This document shows, one piece after another, positions 38,219 through 48,114 of a DNA stretch of 64,000 nucleotides. The notes beneath the pieces were generated by a model that searched no databases, was not told the origin of the DNA, and saw nothing but the letters and a program-made list of their open reading frames with translations. Numbering within the stretch: position 1 is the stretch's first letter; each line of letters begins with the position of its first letter. A program made the position numbers and the translations under genes. This stretch comes from Dehalococcoidia bacterium. Its GTDB lineage: Bacteria > Chloroflexota > Dehalococcoidia > Lucifugimonadales > G958296245. The DNA is taken from positions 393,883 to 457,882 of the forward strand of contig CBDHEI010000001.1 of the NCBI GenBank assembly GCA_965262055.1, written 5' to 3'.

Positions 38219-38983
38219 CTACACCCACTGCCCGCTCTTTCTTGCGCTCTGCACCAGCATCCTCACGCGGTCCGCGTCGGTCATGAAGGGCTCATACTTC
38301 GAGACGAACTCGGCCAGCGATTCCTCAACGGACTGCGATCCGGTGTCGACGGTGATCTTGTTCCCGAACCGGGACAACTCGTACTCCTCCTCGAACCTCG
38401 CCACGACCATATCGACGTCCTTCTCCTGCACGACGGCGTTGGGATGCGGGTTCTCGTTCATGCGGCGCCGTATGACGTCGGGGGAGGCCTTGCACAGAGC
38501 GAGCACCGTGTCCGGGGCGCGCTCGATCATCGTCTCCTCGGCGTGCCGTGCGTACTGCTTCCTGTCGGCGTACTCGCCGTCTCCGCCGTAGCCGTAGTAG
38601 AGGCCGGCGTAGACCGCTTCGTCGATGTGCATCCCCACAAGGTTATGGTGATCGTATGAGTAGAAGGTGGGCGATACATGGTACTCCATGTGATAGCGCT
38701 GGAACGCCTCTTTCTGCTTGGGCGTGAGCGCCAGGAGCAGAGTCTGCTCCTCATCGTCGTACCCCATCATGGTCGGGTCCTCGCCCCTGCCCTCGGCCCA
38801 CGCCTGGAAGGCCGCGTCACTCTCTTCCGGGGTCTCGGCGGGCGGATGGTTGAGGTGCGGAATCTTCCAGTGGTCATGGAACCCGAACCCGCCAACGCCA
38901 AAGGCCTCCTTGGCCCAATTAGAGATGGCCAAAGCCAGGGTGCTGGTCCCAGAATACTCGCAGCCGATGAGTACGAGGTGCAT
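38219..38983 (-). CDS. Nucleoside-monophosphate-kinase-like P-loop protein
   Basis: LIGCEYSGTST, LCKASPDVI.RR, VDT....VEE; AAGGAGG RBS. Confidence 0.65.
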   Translation of the reverse strand: MHLVLIGCEYSGTSTLALAISNWAKEAFGVGGFGFHDHWKIPHLNHPPAETPEESDAAFQAWAEGRGEDPTMMGYDDEEQTLLLALTPKQKEAFQRYHMEYHVSPTFYSYDHHNLVGMHIDEAVYAGLYYGYGGDGEYADRKQYARHAEETMIERAPDTVLALCKASPDVIRRRMNENPHPNAVVQEKDVDMVVARFEEEYELSRFGNKITVDTGSQSVEESLAEFVSKYEPFMTDADRVRMLVQSARKSGQWV

Positions 38984-39082
38984 GTCTTCTCCTCCTTGGA
39001 GATTCTATCTGCCGTTTTGCCGGTTGGACGGCGGGCATTGTATACGAGTTTCGCCACGCATGGGCGGGCCGGACGCAGCCAT

Positions 39083-40546
39083 TCACACCCCCGCGCAGGC
39101 CGCGGCGTTCGCGCCCGCGATGCGGCCGGTGGCGAAGGTCCAGGCAAGCGCGTGGCCGTGGCCGGCGATAAGGACGTTGGAGGAACCGGTCATACCGGCG
39201 GCGGATAGGCGGTGGATCGGGCGCCCTTCGGCATCAAGGACGCGCATCTTCCTGTCGACCTTGAGGCCACCGCTGGAGCCCAGCACGGCCTTGATCGGCC
39301 CTAGCGCGTAGAAGGGCGGCGTGAAGGAGCCGACGCAGGAGAAGTCGCGTCCGAAGGGGTCAGGAGCGCGTCCGTCAGCCGCATGGTTGAGGCGCTCGAG
39401 CGTGCGCTGCACCGCCGACGCCGAGGCCTGGATGAACTCTGCCAGCCCTGGGGCGTCTGCGGCCTCTGTGAAGTACTCAGTACGCTGCCGGTAGTCCTCC
39501 ACGTAGGCGTATCCTATCTCCGGGAAGGTCGAGAGGGCCATTGTGCCCTCGCGGAACCAGCCGTCGCGTGACGGGGGGGCGTCCGCGTCCACCGTGGCGA
39601 CGAGGGAGGCCAGACGCGAATCGAACACCACGAAGGCCACCTTTCCCGGCTGGCTGCTGGTGGCCAGCTCGGCGCCCTCCAGTTCGTTCGCATACCTGTT
39701 GCCGGCGCGGTTGAGCAGTATCGCACCCGCCTCGAAGATGGGCGCCGGAGGGTGGATGTAGGGCCTGGAGACTGTCCTGAAGTGTGGAGGCGCAGCGGCG
39801 CTCATCCCGGAAGTGGCGGCTCCCAGGGCGACGGCAAGGGTCACGCCGTCGCCGGTCGCGCCGTCGAAGAGAGGTTCCACGCCGTCGTGCTCTGGGGGCC
39901 TGCCGTGGGCGCGGGAGAGCTCCGCGTTGGCGCTGAAGTAGCCCGTGGCCAGCACGACGCCGCCCCGGACCTCTATGGTGCGGCGTTCGGAGCCTGTCAC
40001 GTCCGCGAGCTCCGCCCCGCACACGGCGCCGTTGGCGTCCACCGCAAGGCTCGCGGCCACAGCGCCGGTGCGCGTCTCCACACCCGCTTCGGAAGCAGCC
40101 CGTTGCAGCGCGTCGGTGTAGGCGGTGGCGTCCGGGACGGCGTTGTGCATACGGTACTTCGTATGGGGCGGCTCCGGCTGCGGCCCCCTGAGCTCCACGC
40201 CAAGCTCCACCATGCGCTCCACGACTGATGGGGCGAGCTCTACCAGCATGCGGGTCAGCTCGAGGTCGTATTCACCGGCGTCGCGGCCCGGCTCTATGAA
40301 CTTGAGGTAGTCCCGGAAGTGGGCATCGACGGAGTCCTCGATGCCCGCCGCCTTCTGCAGAGCCGTGCCCGCCGCCGACAGGGCGCCGACAGCCATCGCA
40401 GTGGAGCCGCCGATCTCCGGCTGGCGCTCCACCAGAAGGACGCTCGCGCCCGTCTCGGCTGCTTCAACGGCGGCCATCAAGCCGGCACCGCCGCCACCAA
40501 CCACGAGGACATCGTACGCGTCTCTCAGACCGCTCAGCCTGGACAT
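39083..40546 (-). CDS. FAD-dependent oxidoreductase (flavocytochrome c / FAD_binding_2 family)
   Basis: DVLVVGGGGAG, GGST, VVLATG, TGDG, G.RYANE, GGL.VD, L.AAG, GRIAG. Confidence 0.88.
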   Translation of the reverse strand: MSRLSGLRDAYDVLVVGGGGAGLMAAVEAAETGASVLLVERQPEIGGSTAMAVGALSAAGTALQKAAGIEDSVDAHFRDYLKFIEPGRDAGEYDLELTRMLVELAPSVVERMVELGVELRGPQPEPPHTKYRMHNAVPDATAYTDALQRAASEAGVETRTGAVAASLAVDANGAVCGAELADVTGSERRTIEVRGGVVLATGYFSANAELSRAHGRPPEHDGVEPLFDGATGDGVTLAVALGAATSGMSAAAPPHFRTVSRPYIHPPAPIFEAGAILLNRAGNRYANELEGAELATSSQPGKVAFVVFDSRLASLVATVDADAPPSRDGWFREGTMALSTFPEIGYAYVEDYRQRTEYFTEAADAPGLAEFIQASASAVQRTLERLNHAADGRAPDPFGRDFSCVGSFTPPFYALGPIKAVLGSSGGLKVDRKMRVLDAEGRPIHRLSAAGMTGSSNVLIAGHGHALAWTFATGRIAGANAAACAGV

Positions 40547-40680
40547 TGGATCTCCTGGACCGCTACGCGGCCGGCCCATGCTACCACAGCGGTGAGGGAA
40601 GTTATCCGCGAATAACGCGAAGGGCACAGAGGGACTGCCCGCGAGGCTCACGGTGCTATAATCGCGGCCCGGAGATAGCT

Positions 40681-41781
40681 TTGCCCCACTTCGTACTGAG
40701 ATGCACGAACTGCGATGCCGAGCACGCTGCCACCATGCGTACGCTTACCTGCCCGGCGTGCGACTCTCCTCTACGGGTCAGCTATCTCGATGCGGAAGGG
40801 TCCGGGTCGCCGATGCCGGTGCCGCTGCACAGGCCGTCCGAGGCCCTGACGCTGGGCGAGGGGAATACGCCCATCGTGGCAATGCCGTCCGTCGGCGGGG
40901 CCGCCGGGGTGGAGCGGCTGTACGGCAAGCTGGAGTTCGCCAGCCCGACGGGGTCATTCAAGGACCGGGGAGCGGCCATGATGATGTCGGCTGCGGTCGA
41001 GCACGGCGTGACGGAGGTGGTCGAAGACTCGTCGGGCAACGCTGGCGCGGCGGTGTCTGCCTACGCCGCCCATGCCGGCATCTCTGCCCACATATTCGCG
41101 CCGGCCTCCGCGCCCTCGGCAAAGCTGGGCCAGATCTCGGTGTACGGCGCAACGCTGCACACGATAGAGGGGCCGCGCGAGGCAACCACCGCAGCCGCCA
41201 TGCGCTTCGCCGAGAGCCGCGGCATGGTCTACGCCTCGCACGCGCTGAGCCCTTTCTTTATCGAGGGCATGAAGGGCTTTGCCTACGAGGTGTGCGAGCA
41301 GTTATCCCCCAAGATGCCCGACCACGTCGTGTTACCCGTCGGCAACGGGTCGCTGCTGATTGGCGCCTACATGGGGTTCTCGGAGCTGGCCGCGCGGGGC
41401 AGCCTGTCCCGGATACCAGCGCTCCACGCTGTGCAGTCCGAGGCGGTGTCGCCCGTGGTGGCGGCCTTCCACGGCCGACCGTGGAGCAAGGCCGAGGGGG
41501 CCCAGACCGTCGCCGGGGGCATATCGGTCGCCGAGCCGCCACAGCTACACCGGATGGTGCAGGCGCTCCGCGCCTCAGGAGGCAGCGCCGTCGCCGTCAA
41601 GGACGACGAGATCCTGAGATGGCAGCGGCTCCTCGCCGAGAGCGAGGGCATCTTCGCCGAGTCCTCCGCGGCGGCGGCGCTTGCGGGGCTCGAAACGCTC
41701 GTAGCGCAAGGGGCGATCAGTCACGGCGACACGGTGCTGTGGCCGGTTACTGGCTTCGGGCTCAAGGAGAGCCCGGGGTAG
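40681..41781 (+). CDS. Threonine-synthase-like PLP enzyme with N-terminal Zn ribbon
   Basis: CxxC..CxxC, LGEGNTP, PTGSFKDRG, SSGNAG, PVGNG, TG.GLK. Confidence 0.88.
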   Translation: MPHFVLRCTNCDAEHAATMRTLTCPACDSPLRVSYLDAEGSGSPMPVPLHRPSEALTLGEGNTPIVAMPSVGGAAGVERLYGKLEFASPTGSFKDRGAAMMMSAAVEHGVTEVVEDSSGNAGAAVSAYAAHAGISAHIFAPASAPSAKLGQISVYGATLHTIEGPREATTAAAMRFAESRGMVYASHALSPFFIEGMKGFAYEVCEQLSPKMPDHVVLPVGNGSLLIGAYMGFSELAARGSLSRIPALHAVQSEAVSPVVAAFHGRPWSKAEGAQTVAGGISVAEPPQLHRMVQALRASGGSAVAVKDDEILRWQRLLAESEGIFAESSAAAALAGLETLVAQGAISHGDTVLWPVTGFGLKESPG

Positions 41782-41860
41782 AGCCCCCCGACCGGCTCTA
41801 CCCCGGCTGCCTTCAGGGTCCTGGATGCAGCACCGCTGCGGGCCAGCGGCTAACCACCTG

Positions 41861-43129
41861 CTACTCGGTCCTCAAGGCCTCTATCGGGCGAAGCCGCGAG
41901 GCGCGGCTCGCGGGGTATATCCCGAAGAAGAGGCCGACGGCCGCCGAGACCGCGACGGCGAGGGTCGCTATGTCTCCGCTGACGACGGTCTGTAACGTCG
42001 CCCCCTCTCCCAAGCTCACGCCGCTCACCAACGCGGAGACACCCATGCCCAGAAGTATCCCCAGGACGCCGCCGCTCACCGTAAGTAGGACCGCTTCAAA
42101 GACGAACTGGAGAAGGATGTCGCGCCGCTTGGCGCCCATGGCCTTGCGGATACCTATCTCACGCGTCCTCTCCACCACCGACACCAGCATGATGTTCATG
42201 ATGCCGATGCCTCCTACCAGCAGCGAGACGCCTGCTATGGCGCCCAAGAAGACGACGAACGCGTCGACCGCCCCGGCCAGTGCCTCAATCGCTTCCCGCT
42301 GGCTTGTTATCGTAAAGTCGTCGTCCTCTGTGATGCGGTGGCGCAGTCGGAGCACGGTCCTGATTTCGTTGAACGCCGCGTCCACGACATCGCTACTCGC
42401 GGCCTGCACGTAAATCTGCTCTACGACGACCCCATGTCCACTCCTTCTATCGAGCCGATAGTAGGCGGTGGTCACGGGCACCATCACCTGGCGGTCGAAC
42501 CAATCCAAGAATCCGTAGAAGGAGCCATCCTGACTCTGGCCCTCTCTCTGCAGCACGCCGATCACCGTGAAACGGCGGGCGTTGATCCTTACAGGCTGTC
42601 CTACGGGATCTCGGAGGCCGAACAGGATCTCGGCGAGTGCCGACCCCAACACGACGACCTCGTCCTTGTTGGCGACGTGTGTGGATGCGATGAATATACC
42701 CGATAGCATCGAAAGGTCTCTAACCTGTAAGTAATCCGAGGTGACACCGAGAATCTCTACACTCGCTCTATTCCCTCTGGCCGCGATCTGGCCGCCGGTC
42801 CGCATCTGGGCCGCCACGGCCTTGACCGACGGCGTCAGCTCCGGGTCCGACAGCGCCTCGGCGTCCGCAAGGGTCAACGGCCGGGCGATCCTAAACGAGG
42901 ATTCTCCGCTCACGTCTCGAAAGGGCGAGCCGCCGAAACTTACGAGAAGCAGGTTGGTCCCCAAAGACTCGATGCTCGACGTAATCTCCGCCTGTATGCC
43001 GCGGCCGATCGACATCAGGGTGACTACGGAAGCTACGCCTATGACGATGCCCAAGAGCGCGAGCGCCGCTCGCAGACGGTTGACGCCCAGGGAGCTAATT
43101 GCTGTTCTCAAGATGGCCGGGACGTTCAA
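41861..43129 (-). CDS. MacB/FtsX-type ABC permease
   Basis: LGIVIGV, GGIGIMNIMLVSV.ERTREIGIRKA.GA, PIEALR.E. Confidence 0.95.
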   Translation of the reverse strand: MNVPAILRTAISSLGVNRLRAALALLGIVIGVASVVTLMSIGRGIQAEITSSIESLGTNLLLVSFGGSPFRDVSGESSFRIARPLTLADAEALSDPELTPSVKAVAAQMRTGGQIAARGNRASVEILGVTSDYLQVRDLSMLSGIFIASTHVANKDEVVVLGSALAEILFGLRDPVGQPVRINARRFTVIGVLQREGQSQDGSFYGFLDWFDRQVMVPVTTAYYRLDRRSGHGVVVEQIYVQAASSDVVDAAFNEIRTVLRLRHRITEDDDFTITSQREAIEALAGAVDAFVVFLGAIAGVSLLVGGIGIMNIMLVSVVERTREIGIRKAMGAKRRDILLQFVFEAVLLTVSGGVLGILLGMGVSALVSGVSLGEGATLQTVVSGDIATLAVAVSAAVGLFFGIYPASRASRLRPIEALRTE

Positions 43130-43139
43130 CTCAGCTCTC

Positions 43140-43832
43140 CTACCGTGTCAAACTGTCGTCCGCCACGCGCCCATCTTCCATAGAGACGACGCGCTGAGAG
43201 AGTCGGGCCATATCGGGGTCGTGAGTGACGAACACCACTGTTAGCCCGTCGTCGTGATTGAGCCGTGCGATGATGCTCATGATCTCCATGCCGGTCGCTC
43301 TATCGAGGTTTCCGGTCGGCTCATCGGCCAGCAGAATGGCCGGCTCCTTGACCAACGCCCTGGCGATGCCGACACGCTGCTGCTCTCCACCGGAGAGCTC
43401 GGCCGGCCGGTGGCTGGCACGGTCCCCCAGCCCCACCCTCTCCAGCGCCGCCGTGCTTCGCTCCTTACCGCCGCCTCCGTACATCAGCGGAAGCGCGACA
43501 TTGGCGATGGCCGTCAGTCTCGGCAGGAGGCTGTATGTCTGGAAGACGAACCCCACTTTCCGGCTACGAATCTCCGCCAGGTGGTCGTCGCTCATGCCAA
43601 CGACGTCCTCGTCCTCCAGGATGTATCTGCCCGATGTTGGGACGTCCAGGCAGCCTATGATGTTCATGAGCGTCGATTTCCCCGAGCCCGAGCGTCCCAC
43701 GATAGCCACCATCTCTCCCTTGCGTATGGACAGGCTGACGCCTTGGAGGGCCCGGACCTCCACTTGGCCAAGCCCGTACACTTTGGTCACGTCGACCAGT
43801 TCGATAAGAGGGCGATCCTGGGGCGTCTTCAT
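43140..43832 (-). CDS. MacB/LolD-type ABC ATP-binding protein
   Basis: GRSGSGKS, FVFQ, LSGGEQQRV, LADEPTGNLD, VTHD. Confidence 0.96.
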   Translation of the reverse strand: MKTPQDRPLIELVDVTKVYGLGQVEVRALQGVSLSIRKGEMVAIVGRSGSGKSTLMNIIGCLDVPTSGRYILEDEDVVGMSDDHLAEIRSRKVGFVFQTYSLLPRLTAIANVALPLMYGGGGKERSTAALERVGLGDRASHRPAELSGGEQQRVGIARALVKEPAILLADEPTGNLDRATGMEIMSIIARLNHDDGLTVVFVTHDPDMARLSQRVVSMEDGRVADDSLTR

Positions 43833-43868
43833 AGTCGCGCCGACAGCTTGGGGGCAGACGGCCCCCCG

Positions 43869-46800
43869 CTACTGGAAGTCATACGGGTTGCCCGGCCTTG
43901 GCGGCCGCACCTCCGTCACAACCATTTCTCCCTCCGTCAGCCCCTCCGTGACGACCGTCCAGAAGTCATCGCTGATACCGAGCACAACGGGTCGGTCCTC
44001 AGGTCCATTCTCGCCCTGCACCCTAACGGTCGGGCTGTCGAAGCCGCCGCGCAGCGCCTGTACGGGTATAAGCAAAGCGTCCTTTTCTTCCCTGATTACC
44101 ACCTTGGCCAAGGCGCTCAGTCCCTCCGGCAGCTCGAGTTCGTCCGGCGTCGTGACCCTGACACTGATCGCGTACGTGACGGTACTCTGCGACGGCCCTG
44201 CGAACGGGGCGAAGCCCCCGCCTCCCGTTTCCCGCGACCCGGCGGTCGCGCCGATTCTTGAAACCTCTCCCTGTAATGCCTGGTCCGGCAGAGCATCCAG
44301 CGTTACGACGGCGGAGGTACCCTCGTGAACGGACAGGACGTCTATCTCGTCGATGAAGCCGTCGATCTCTATCGTAGACGTGTCGACAAGCACGAGGGCG
44401 GTCGCGTCCTGATCGATCTTCTGACCCGACTTGATCTCGACCTCCTCTACCAAGCCCGGCCAGGGGGCTTTCAACGTTGCGGACTCCACGGCATCTAATG
44501 CAGAGTCCAGGGCAGCACTGGCCGCCGGAACGTCCGCTTGGAGCAGCTCTATCTGAAGCTCGTCAAGCCTCTCTAGCCCCTCTAGCGCCGCCTCCGCATC
44601 CGCAAGGCTCGCCACCGCGAGATCGACGGCCGCCTCTCTGGCGGCCATCTCCAGTGGGTCCGTGTCGCCGACGAGCTTCTGCAAGTCTCTCTGAGCCTGC
44701 TCGAGGCCGGTCTGCGCAACTGCGACCTTCCGGTCCAAGGCCTCGAGATCGGCGGCGTTTGGCTCCCCAGTCAGCGCCTGCAGGTCTGCCTCGGCCCTCT
44801 TCAGACCGGCCTGCGCTACCTCGACCCTTTGCTCCAGTACCTCCAGCTCGACGGCATCGGCTTCGCCCAAGAGGCCGCTGAGCTTGTCTTCAGCCGCCAG
44901 CATCTCAGCCTCGGCCAGCGCCACCTGCCGCTCCAATACCTCCAGCTCGACGGCATCCGCCTCACCCAAGAGGCCGCTGAGCTTGTCTTCAGCCGCCAGC
45001 ATCTCAGCCTCGGCCAGCGCCACCTGCCGCTCCAATACCTCTAGCTGGACGGCATCGACTTCACCCAAAAGACCACTGAGTTTGTCCGCGGCCACCTGCA
45101 GCTCAGCCTCGGCCAGCGCCACCTGCCGCTCCAATACCTCTAGTTCGACCGGGTCGGCGTCAGCGGTAAGAACGGCCAAGTCTTCCCTCGCCTGGGTGAG
45201 CGCAACCAAGGTCAGGTCGACCTCCTGCCTCTTGACTTCCAAGGCCGCCGGGTCAGGGCCGCCCTCTAATGCCTCCAGGTCCGCCTCAGCCTCGCCTAAC
45301 TTGGCCTCGGCTAGGGCCACAGCAGTCCTCTGGTTTCTGACTTCGAGAGGGGTTGGGAGGACACTCAACTCATCCAGGGCTTTCCGCCGCTCGGCTAGCA
45401 GGTCCTCTGAGTCGGCCAAGACCTTCTCGGCAAGACCAACCGCCTTGGTACGCTGCAAGCTGATGTCTTCCACACCGTCCCGAGCTTCCTGAAGCGCCTG
45501 ATACGCGTCGTCCATCTCTCCGCCGATGCACAGCGCGGCGAAGGAAGTCGTGTCGTTATCGCAGGAAATCACCAAGGTGCCGGGGAACAAGACGAGCCAA
45601 GCGTATACGATGATCTCATCCCAGGGTGTAGACGGGTCGTCACGAGGCGCCACGTTGCGTGAGAATCCACTCGTCTTGTCGTCGAACACTACGTCCAGGT
45701 CGACACCCAGGGAATCCAAGACAATATCGGGAGAAGAGTCGGCGCTTGGCTCGACCTCGATACCGAGCCACCGCCGGAACACATTTGCGTACGCGCGCTG
45801 CGCCGCGTCCAGACTGGAAGAAACCGTATCCACCTTGTCGTTCCAGTCGCGTCTGACCGCCGCCAGGTCTGCTCCAGCCGTCGCCAAGGCGGACTCTGCC
45901 GATTCGACCATCTTCCGAGCGGAGGCCATCTCGTCCTCAGACGCGCCACTCAGGAGGTCTTCCAGGACCTGCCGGGCGCCCTGGAGCGAGACCTGTGCGG
46001 CGGCGATCGCAGACTCGCCTTCGGCCAAGGATATTACCGGTGGGTTCTGCAGTCTTTCGAGCGCATGTAGCGCAGCTTCATGAGCCGCCTTGGCGTCGGC
46101 GACCGCGGCGCGCGCCTCAACTGTCTCAAGGGCCGAGGGTCCACCTAGCAGGCGATCGCGCTCCCGCTCCGCAGACTTTAGGGCCATGCTGGCCTTGGCC
46201 ACCGTTGAGTGCGCCTCAGCCATCTCAAGCACCGAGGGCCCACCCAGCAGGCGGCCGCGCTCCTGTTCCGCAGACTCTAGGGCCATACTGGCCTTGGCCA
46301 CCGTTGAGTGCGCCTCAGCCATCTCGAGGGCCGAAGGCCCACCTAAGTGGCGGTCGCGCGCCTCTCGCGCAGACCTGACGACTGCCCGCGCATCAGCAAC
46401 CTCGGCTTGCGATTCGGCCAACTCAAGAGCAGTCGCCCCCACCAACAGCCTGTGGCGCGCCGCCAGTGCCGACTGCAGACCCGCCTGCGCGTCCGCGACC
46501 GCGAGACGTGCTTTAGCTAGGTCAGCGTCGGACGATGTTACCAACCCGTCTCGGGCCTCGCGAGCCGACGCTAGGGCTACCTGTGCATCAGCGACCGCAG
46601 AGTGGGCCCGGGCAAGTTCCTGAGGGGACGGCGACTTCAGAGACTCCAGCGACTGTTGGGCTGTACGCAGCGATATGCGCGCGTCGGCGACATCGGAGAC
46701 CGCCTTAGCGACGCTTAGGTTCGAGGGCGGGGATCTTGCGGCTTCCAGCGCCTCCTCCGCCCCCCGAAGATCGATCCTAGCTCGTACGACGTCCCTCTCC

Positions 46801-47114
46801 AGGGATGCAATCGTCTCGGGGTTGAGCCTTGCCAAGAGTTGTCCGGTTCCTACACGTTGGCCTGTCTCGACGAGTACCTCGCCGACAACGCCTTGACTTC
46901 CGAAGCTAAGCGTCTCCCTACTTGAGTACTTGAGCGTGCCGTTGATAGAGACGGCGTCGACAAGGCCTCCACGCCTGACCGGGATAAGCTGTGTGCCCTC
47001 CTCGGACACACTGTCTCCCGGACCAGTGGCCCAGGTGTAGGCGAAGTAGGCGCCGGCGAGAGCGACCCCCACTACGATGAGGACGACTATTGGCCGCCTC
47101 TTGAGTGCTCTCAT
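43869..47114 (-). CDS. Giant MacA/HlyD-family membrane fusion protein (1081 aa)
   Basis: N-terminal TM, lipoyl half-motifs (G.V.EV.V..GQ.V..GQ.LA; LKAP..G.V), DEID, ALLIP..AL, GL.EGE.VV, and about 750 aa of helical repeats. Confidence 0.88.
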   Translation of the reverse strand: MRALKRRPIVVLIVVGVALAGAYFAYTWATGPGDSVSEEGTQLIPVRRGGLVDAVSINGTLKYSSRETLSFGSQGVVGEVLVETGQRVGTGQLLARLNPETIASLERDVVRARIDLRGAEEALEAARSPPSNLSVAKAVSDVADARISLRTAQQSLESLKSPSPQELARAHSAVADAQVALASAREARDGLVTSSDADLAKARLAVADAQAGLQSALAARHRLLVGATALELAESQAEVADARAVVRSAREARDRHLGGPSALEMAEAHSTVAKASMALESAEQERGRLLGGPSVLEMAEAHSTVAKASMALKSAERERDRLLGGPSALETVEARAAVADAKAAHEAALHALERLQNPPVISLAEGESAIAAAQVSLQGARQVLEDLLSGASEDEMASARKMVESAESALATAGADLAAVRRDWNDKVDTVSSSLDAAQRAYANVFRRWLGIEVEPSADSSPDIVLDSLGVDLDVVFDDKTSGFSRNVAPRDDPSTPWDEIIVYAWLVLFPGTLVISCDNDTTSFAALCIGGEMDDAYQALQEARDGVEDISLQRTKAVGLAEKVLADSEDLLAERRKALDELSVLPTPLEVRNQRTAVALAEAKLGEAEADLEALEGGPDPAALEVKRQEVDLTLVALTQAREDLAVLTADADPVELEVLERQVALAEAELQVAADKLSGLLGEVDAVQLEVLERQVALAEAEMLAAEDKLSGLLGEADAVELEVLERQVALAEAEMLAAEDKLSGLLGEADAVELEVLEQRVEVAQAGLKRAEADLQALTGEPNAADLEALDRKVAVAQTGLEQAQRDLQKLVGDTDPLEMAAREAAVDLAVASLADAEAALEGLERLDELQIELLQADVPAASAALDSALDAVESATLKAPWPGLVEEVEIKSGQKIDQDATALVLVDTSTIEIDGFIDEIDVLSVHEGTSAVVTLDALPDQALQGEVSRIGATAGSRETGGGGFAPFAGPSQSTVTYAISVRVTTPDELELPEGLSALAKVVIREEKDALLIPVQALRGGFDSPTVRVQGENGPEDRPVVLGISDDFWTVVTEGLTEGEMVVTEVRPPRPGNPYDFQ
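44830..45150. repeat. 99-bp tandem repeat (about 3 copies) in the C-arm of the fusion protein
   Basis: AGCTTGTCTTCAGCCGCCAGC at 44881 and 44980; unit LLGEADAVELEVLERQVALAEAEMLAAEDKLSG. Confidence 0.9.
46130..46345. repeat. 99-bp tandem repeat (2-3 copies) in the N-arm of the fusion protein
   Basis: Unit LLGGPSVLEMAEAHSTVAKASMALKSAERERDR. Confidence 0.88.
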
Positions 47115-47138
47115 CGCCCCGCCAAACTCTCGGCGTAT

Positions 47139-47567
47139 CTATAGGTTCTCGACCAGCTCTACCCAGTTGCCCTCGGGGTCCTGGAGGTAGCACCGCCACT
47201 GGCCGGGGGCGACCTCCTGCGGAGGGTTCAGCTCCTTGGCGCCCCGCGACATGAGGAGATCGAAAGTCCCCTGTATGTCCTCGCACGTGAAGGCCACGTG
47301 GCTGGCGCCTAGGACGTTGCGCTCCTCCGTGGGGCGATCGGACGGCGGGGGATTGATGTACTGGATAAGCTCCAAGGTGGGGCCGTCTCCGGGCGTCATG
47401 TGGGCACCCTTGAAGTGTATTTCGTCATAGCCGAGCAGCTTGGATGGCGCCTCACCGGTCCGCTCCATCCTGGTCTTGACCTCCAGGCTGACTACGTCTC
47501 GATAGAAGGCAATCGCCTTGTCCAGGTCCTGAACGATAAGGCCGGCGTGGTTGATTCCGGTGATCAT
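47139..47567 (-). CDS. VOC/glyoxalase-family protein
   Basis: INHAGL.V.DLD....FY, LELIQY, HVAF, DPEGNWVEL. Confidence 0.92.
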   Translation of the reverse strand: MITGINHAGLIVQDLDKAIAFYRDVVSLEVKTRMERTGEAPSKLLGYDEIHFKGAHMTPGDGPTLELIQYINPPPSDRPTEERNVLGASHVAFTCEDIQGTFDLLMSRGAKELNPPQEVAPGQWRCYLQDPEGNWVELVENL

Positions 47568-47620
47568 CTCTCTCCCTTTCCTTGGTGTCGGAGTAGTCTA
47601 GTTCAGACGTGTTTGACTGG

Positions 47621-48082
47621 CTAGCCGGGCCAGGCGGATTCCAGGGCCAGAACTTTGCCCAGCCTACGCTCATGCCGGGCCTCCCCGGAGAAGGTAGCGT
47701 TCATGAAGGCGGCGACCACCTCTTTGGCAAGCTCTTCTCCAACGATGCGGGCGCCGAGGCACAGTACGTTCATATCGTCGTGCTCCACGCCCTGGCGCGC
47801 CGAGTAGGTGTCGTGGCAGACGCTGGCGCGGACTCCCTTGACCTTGTTGGCGGCTATGCACGCGCCCACGCCGCTGCCGCAGACGATGACGCCCCGACCC
47901 GACGACGCGGCTACCCGCTGGGCCACCGCGCCGGCGAAGTCCGGGTAGTCGTCTTGCGCGTCGTAGGTGTGGGCCCCTAGGTCGACCACGTCGTGGCCAA
48001 GCTCCCGGAGCTGGCCCGCAAGCATCGACTTGAGCTCAAACCCACCGTGGTCTGCGCCTAACGCTACCTGCATACTTTCCAC
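47621..48082 (-). CDS. rpiB: Ribose-5-phosphate isomerase B
   Basis: ADHGG, DYPD, CGSGVG...AANKV.GVRA, H.D.NVLCLG, RH.RR. Confidence 0.95.
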   Translation of the reverse strand: MESMQVALGADHGGFELKSMLAGQLRELGHDVVDLGAHTYDAQDDYPDFAGAVAQRVAASSGRGVIVCGSGVGACIAANKVKGVRASVCHDTYSARQGVEHDDMNVLCLGARIVGEELAKEVVAAFMNATFSGEARHERRLGKVLALESAWPG

Positions 48083-48114
48083 CTCTTGCTGCTACCCAAG
48101 AGGATAGCACCCGC

